Below are positions 30,834 through 32,396 of a stretch of 32,396 bases of DNA, one piece after another. The stretch is taken from IMG/VR virus record IMGVR_UViG_3300024331_000069, positions 1 through 32,396 of that record. The stretch is one strand, 5' to 3'. Under the pieces are notes generated by a model. It worked only from the letters and a program-made list of their open reading frames with translations. It did no database searches and was not told where the DNA came from. The stretch is from a virus. Its lineage: Duplodnaviria; Caudoviricetes. The position numbers and the translations under genes were made by a program. Each line of letters begins with the position of its first letter. Position 1 is the stretch's first letter.

Positions 30834-31061
30834 GTGAGTGGAACTGTAGCCGAGCACGCAGCCGGCCATCTCCGAGCCGAGATGGCGCGCAGCCGTATCA
30901 CGCCGGGTCGTCTCGGAGCCAAACTCGGTGTCAGCGAGATGTGGGTCAGGCGCCGGATGTACGGCGAGACCGTGATCACCATGGAAGACCTCGAGCGGCT
31001 CGCGATCGCGCTCGAGCTTCCTCTCGCGTCATTCCTGCCCGCGCCGGAGCGGGTCGCGTGA
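30834..31061 (+). CDS. Cro-like XRE HTH protein
   Basis: ITPGRLGAKLGVSEMWVRRRMYG...MEDLERLAIAL; divergent from the repressor; probably leaderless from GTG 30834. Confidence 0.85.
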   Translation: MSGTVAEHAAGHLRAEMARSRITPGRLGAKLGVSEMWVRRRMYGETVITMEDLERLAIALELPLASFLPAPERVA

Positions 31062-31186
31062 CCACGCACCCGCAGCCGTCGCGGCCAACCAATCCCGACC
31101 CGCCGCCTCGCCCCCGGCTCGCGCTCTACGCCGTGCTGCTCCTGCTCGGCAGCCTCACCGCGCTCACCGTGATCACCCGCACCTGA
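31058..31186 (+). CDS. 42-aa single-TM protein
   Basis: GTGA coupling with cro; LALYAVLLLLGSLTALTVI. Confidence 0.55.
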   Translation: MTTHPQPSRPTNPDPPPRPRLALYAVLLLLGSLTALTVITRT

Positions 31187-31254
31187 CAAAGCAAAGGTCC
31201 CGACGCCGCAACGCCGGGACCCCACGAGCAAGACAAGCGAAGGAGTGATCTTCG

Positions 31255-31488
31255 ATGTCCGTTCTCATGGTAACCGCCCGGCCGCCGGTCCTGTACACCC
31301 TGGGCCCGCGCCGGCTCCACCTACGCGAATGGTCTGCCACCCCGGCCGGGGGGCGGCTGCTCGCCCACGCCGTCCTCAACGAGTTCGGCCTGTGGGAGTG
31401 CTGGACCCGCGACGCCACCACCCCGCGCATCGCCATCGACCGGGAGACCGCCGAGTCGCAGCTGCGCTGGATCGCGAGGCAGCCGTGA
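31255..31488 (+). CDS. Early hypothetical protein, 77 aa
   Basis: SD AAGGAG; GTGA-coupled to the next gene. Confidence 0.65.
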   Translation: MSVLMVTARPPVLYTLGPRRLHLREWSATPAGGRLLAHAVLNEFGLWECWTRDATTPRIAIDRETAESQLRWIARQP

Positions 31489-31616
31489 AGCCCAGTACCG
31501 GTGCCAGCGAAGGCACCGCGGCGGCCATCGTCGGCGCCGCCTCCATCGCGGTCGCGGTGGTCATCACCACCGCCGCCCTGTACGGCATCTACAAGCTCGT
31601 GAGGTGGTTGTGGTGA
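31485..31616 (+). CDS. 43-aa single-TM protein
   Basis: GTGA coupling on both sides; AAAIVGAASIAVAVVITTAALYGIYKLVRWLW. Confidence 0.6.
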   Translation: MKPSTGASEGTAAAIVGAASIAVAVVITTAALYGIYKLVRWLW

Positions 31617-31774
31617 CCCAGATCCCGATCGACATCCCGATCCGCCCGTGGCGCTACCGCGGGCAGCACCGCATGGGTTGGCGTGAGCAGCTCGCCGCAC
31701 GGTGGGCCGCCTGGTGGGCGACCACCACACCGCGCACCCCGACCGACGTCACCCGCACGACCAGATGGAGCTGA
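31613..31774 (+). CDS. 53-aa Trp/Arg-rich hypothetical protein
   Basis: Read by hand: MTQIPIDIPIRPWRYRGQHR...TRWS; GTGA coupling; SD GAGGT. Confidence 0.5.
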   Translation: MTQIPIDIPIRPWRYRGQHRMGWREQLAARWAAWWATTTPRTPTDVTRTTRWS

Positions 31775-31778
31775 CCCC

Positions 31779-32396
31779 GTGACCACCGCCGTAGACCACG
31801 CCTCCACCATCACCCTGTTCAAGGGCGGCCACTCCGACGGACCAGTGCCCGGAGACCCCGACTGCCAGATGTGCCTGTTCGAGGCATACAACTGGCTGCG
31901 CCAGCCATCCGGGAAACTCACCGACGCCTGCCCACTCGACGTGTCGCCCGTGCTGCACACCTTCGGGATGCGCCTCAACGACGCGCTCGACGACGTCCGT
32001 CGCCAGCAACTCGTCCGGTTCCTGCCCAACGGCGGCCCGTCGCCACTGTCCGGCACCCGCGACGACGGTCTCGACGAGACCCGCTCGTACATGGCCCTGG
32101 ACTGGCTGATCCGCACCTACACCCCGGCGTGGCTGGACCTGGCGGGGCTCACCGCCGAGGCGACCGCGCTGCGGGACCTACGCCGCATCGTCGACCTGGT
32201 CGCCGCGCAGCAAGCCGGCCCGGTCGTGCGCGCCGGACAGGTCAAGGCGGCCGCCGCTCGGGCCGCCGCTGGGGCCGCCGCTGGGGCCGCCGCTGGGGAC
32301 GCCGCTTGGGCCGCCGCTTGGGACGCCGCTGGGGCCGCCGCTGGGGCCGCCGCTGGGGACGCCGCTTGGGCCGCCGCTTGGGCCGCCGCTGGGGAC
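31779..32396 (+). CDS. Early protein with AA(W/G/R)(A/D) repeats; 3' end outside the window
   Basis: Open frame from GTG 31779 (SD GGAG): ...CQMCLFEAYNW...DACPLDVSPVL...LNDAL...DWLIRTYTPAWL...AAWAAAWDAAG. Confidence 0.8.
   Translation, partial: MTTAVDHASTITLFKGGHSDGPVPGDPDCQMCLFEAYNWLRQPSGKLTDACPLDVSPVLHTFGMRLNDALDDVRRQQLVRFLPNGGPSPLSGTRDDGLDETRSYMALDWLIRTYTPAWLDLAGLTAEATALRDLRRIVDLVAAQQAGPVVRAGQVKAAAARAAAGAAAGAAAGDAAWAAAWDAAGAAAGAAAGDAAWAAAWAAAGD
32253..32396 (+). repeat. 12-bp tandem repeat GCCGCT(C/G/T)GGG(C/A)C, 12 units up to the window end
   Basis: Counted directly; variation only at unit positions 7 and 11. Confidence 0.9.

Noticed and set aside
32253-32396. CRISPR array or DGR variable repeat
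   Set aside because: Contiguous 12-bp units with no spacers; no cas or reverse transcriptase gene and no template repeat in the window.

Overview
High-GC actinobacterial temperate siphophage, read in virion-genome order. Left arm (+): terminase small and large subunits, portal, a 1293-aa MuF-like head protein carrying several enzyme-like domains, scaffold, HK97-type capsid, head-tail joining genes with a four-gene insertion, tail tube, tail chaperones with a -1 frameshift, tape measure, minor tail genes and a DUF1906-type lysis cassette. Centre: a secreted beta-helix cargo gene, then a leftward accessory operon with long structured non-coding segments that include an 84-nt CCA-ended tRNA-like element. 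Right: HTH and GntR regulators, a short tyrosine recombinase, a divergent pair of paralogous XRE-HTH genes with mirror-image promoters, and early genes; the window ends inside a 12-bp tandem repeat. Best leads: (1) the MuF fusion (HExxH peptidase + ADP-ribosyltransferase + GrpE-like + PI3/4-kinase/HipA-like) with two coupled downstream small genes; (2) the tRNA-like element within a hairpin array; (3) a repressor/integrase cassette resembling integration-dependent immunity. All calls come from reading motifs and synteny by eye; no searches or folding programs were run.
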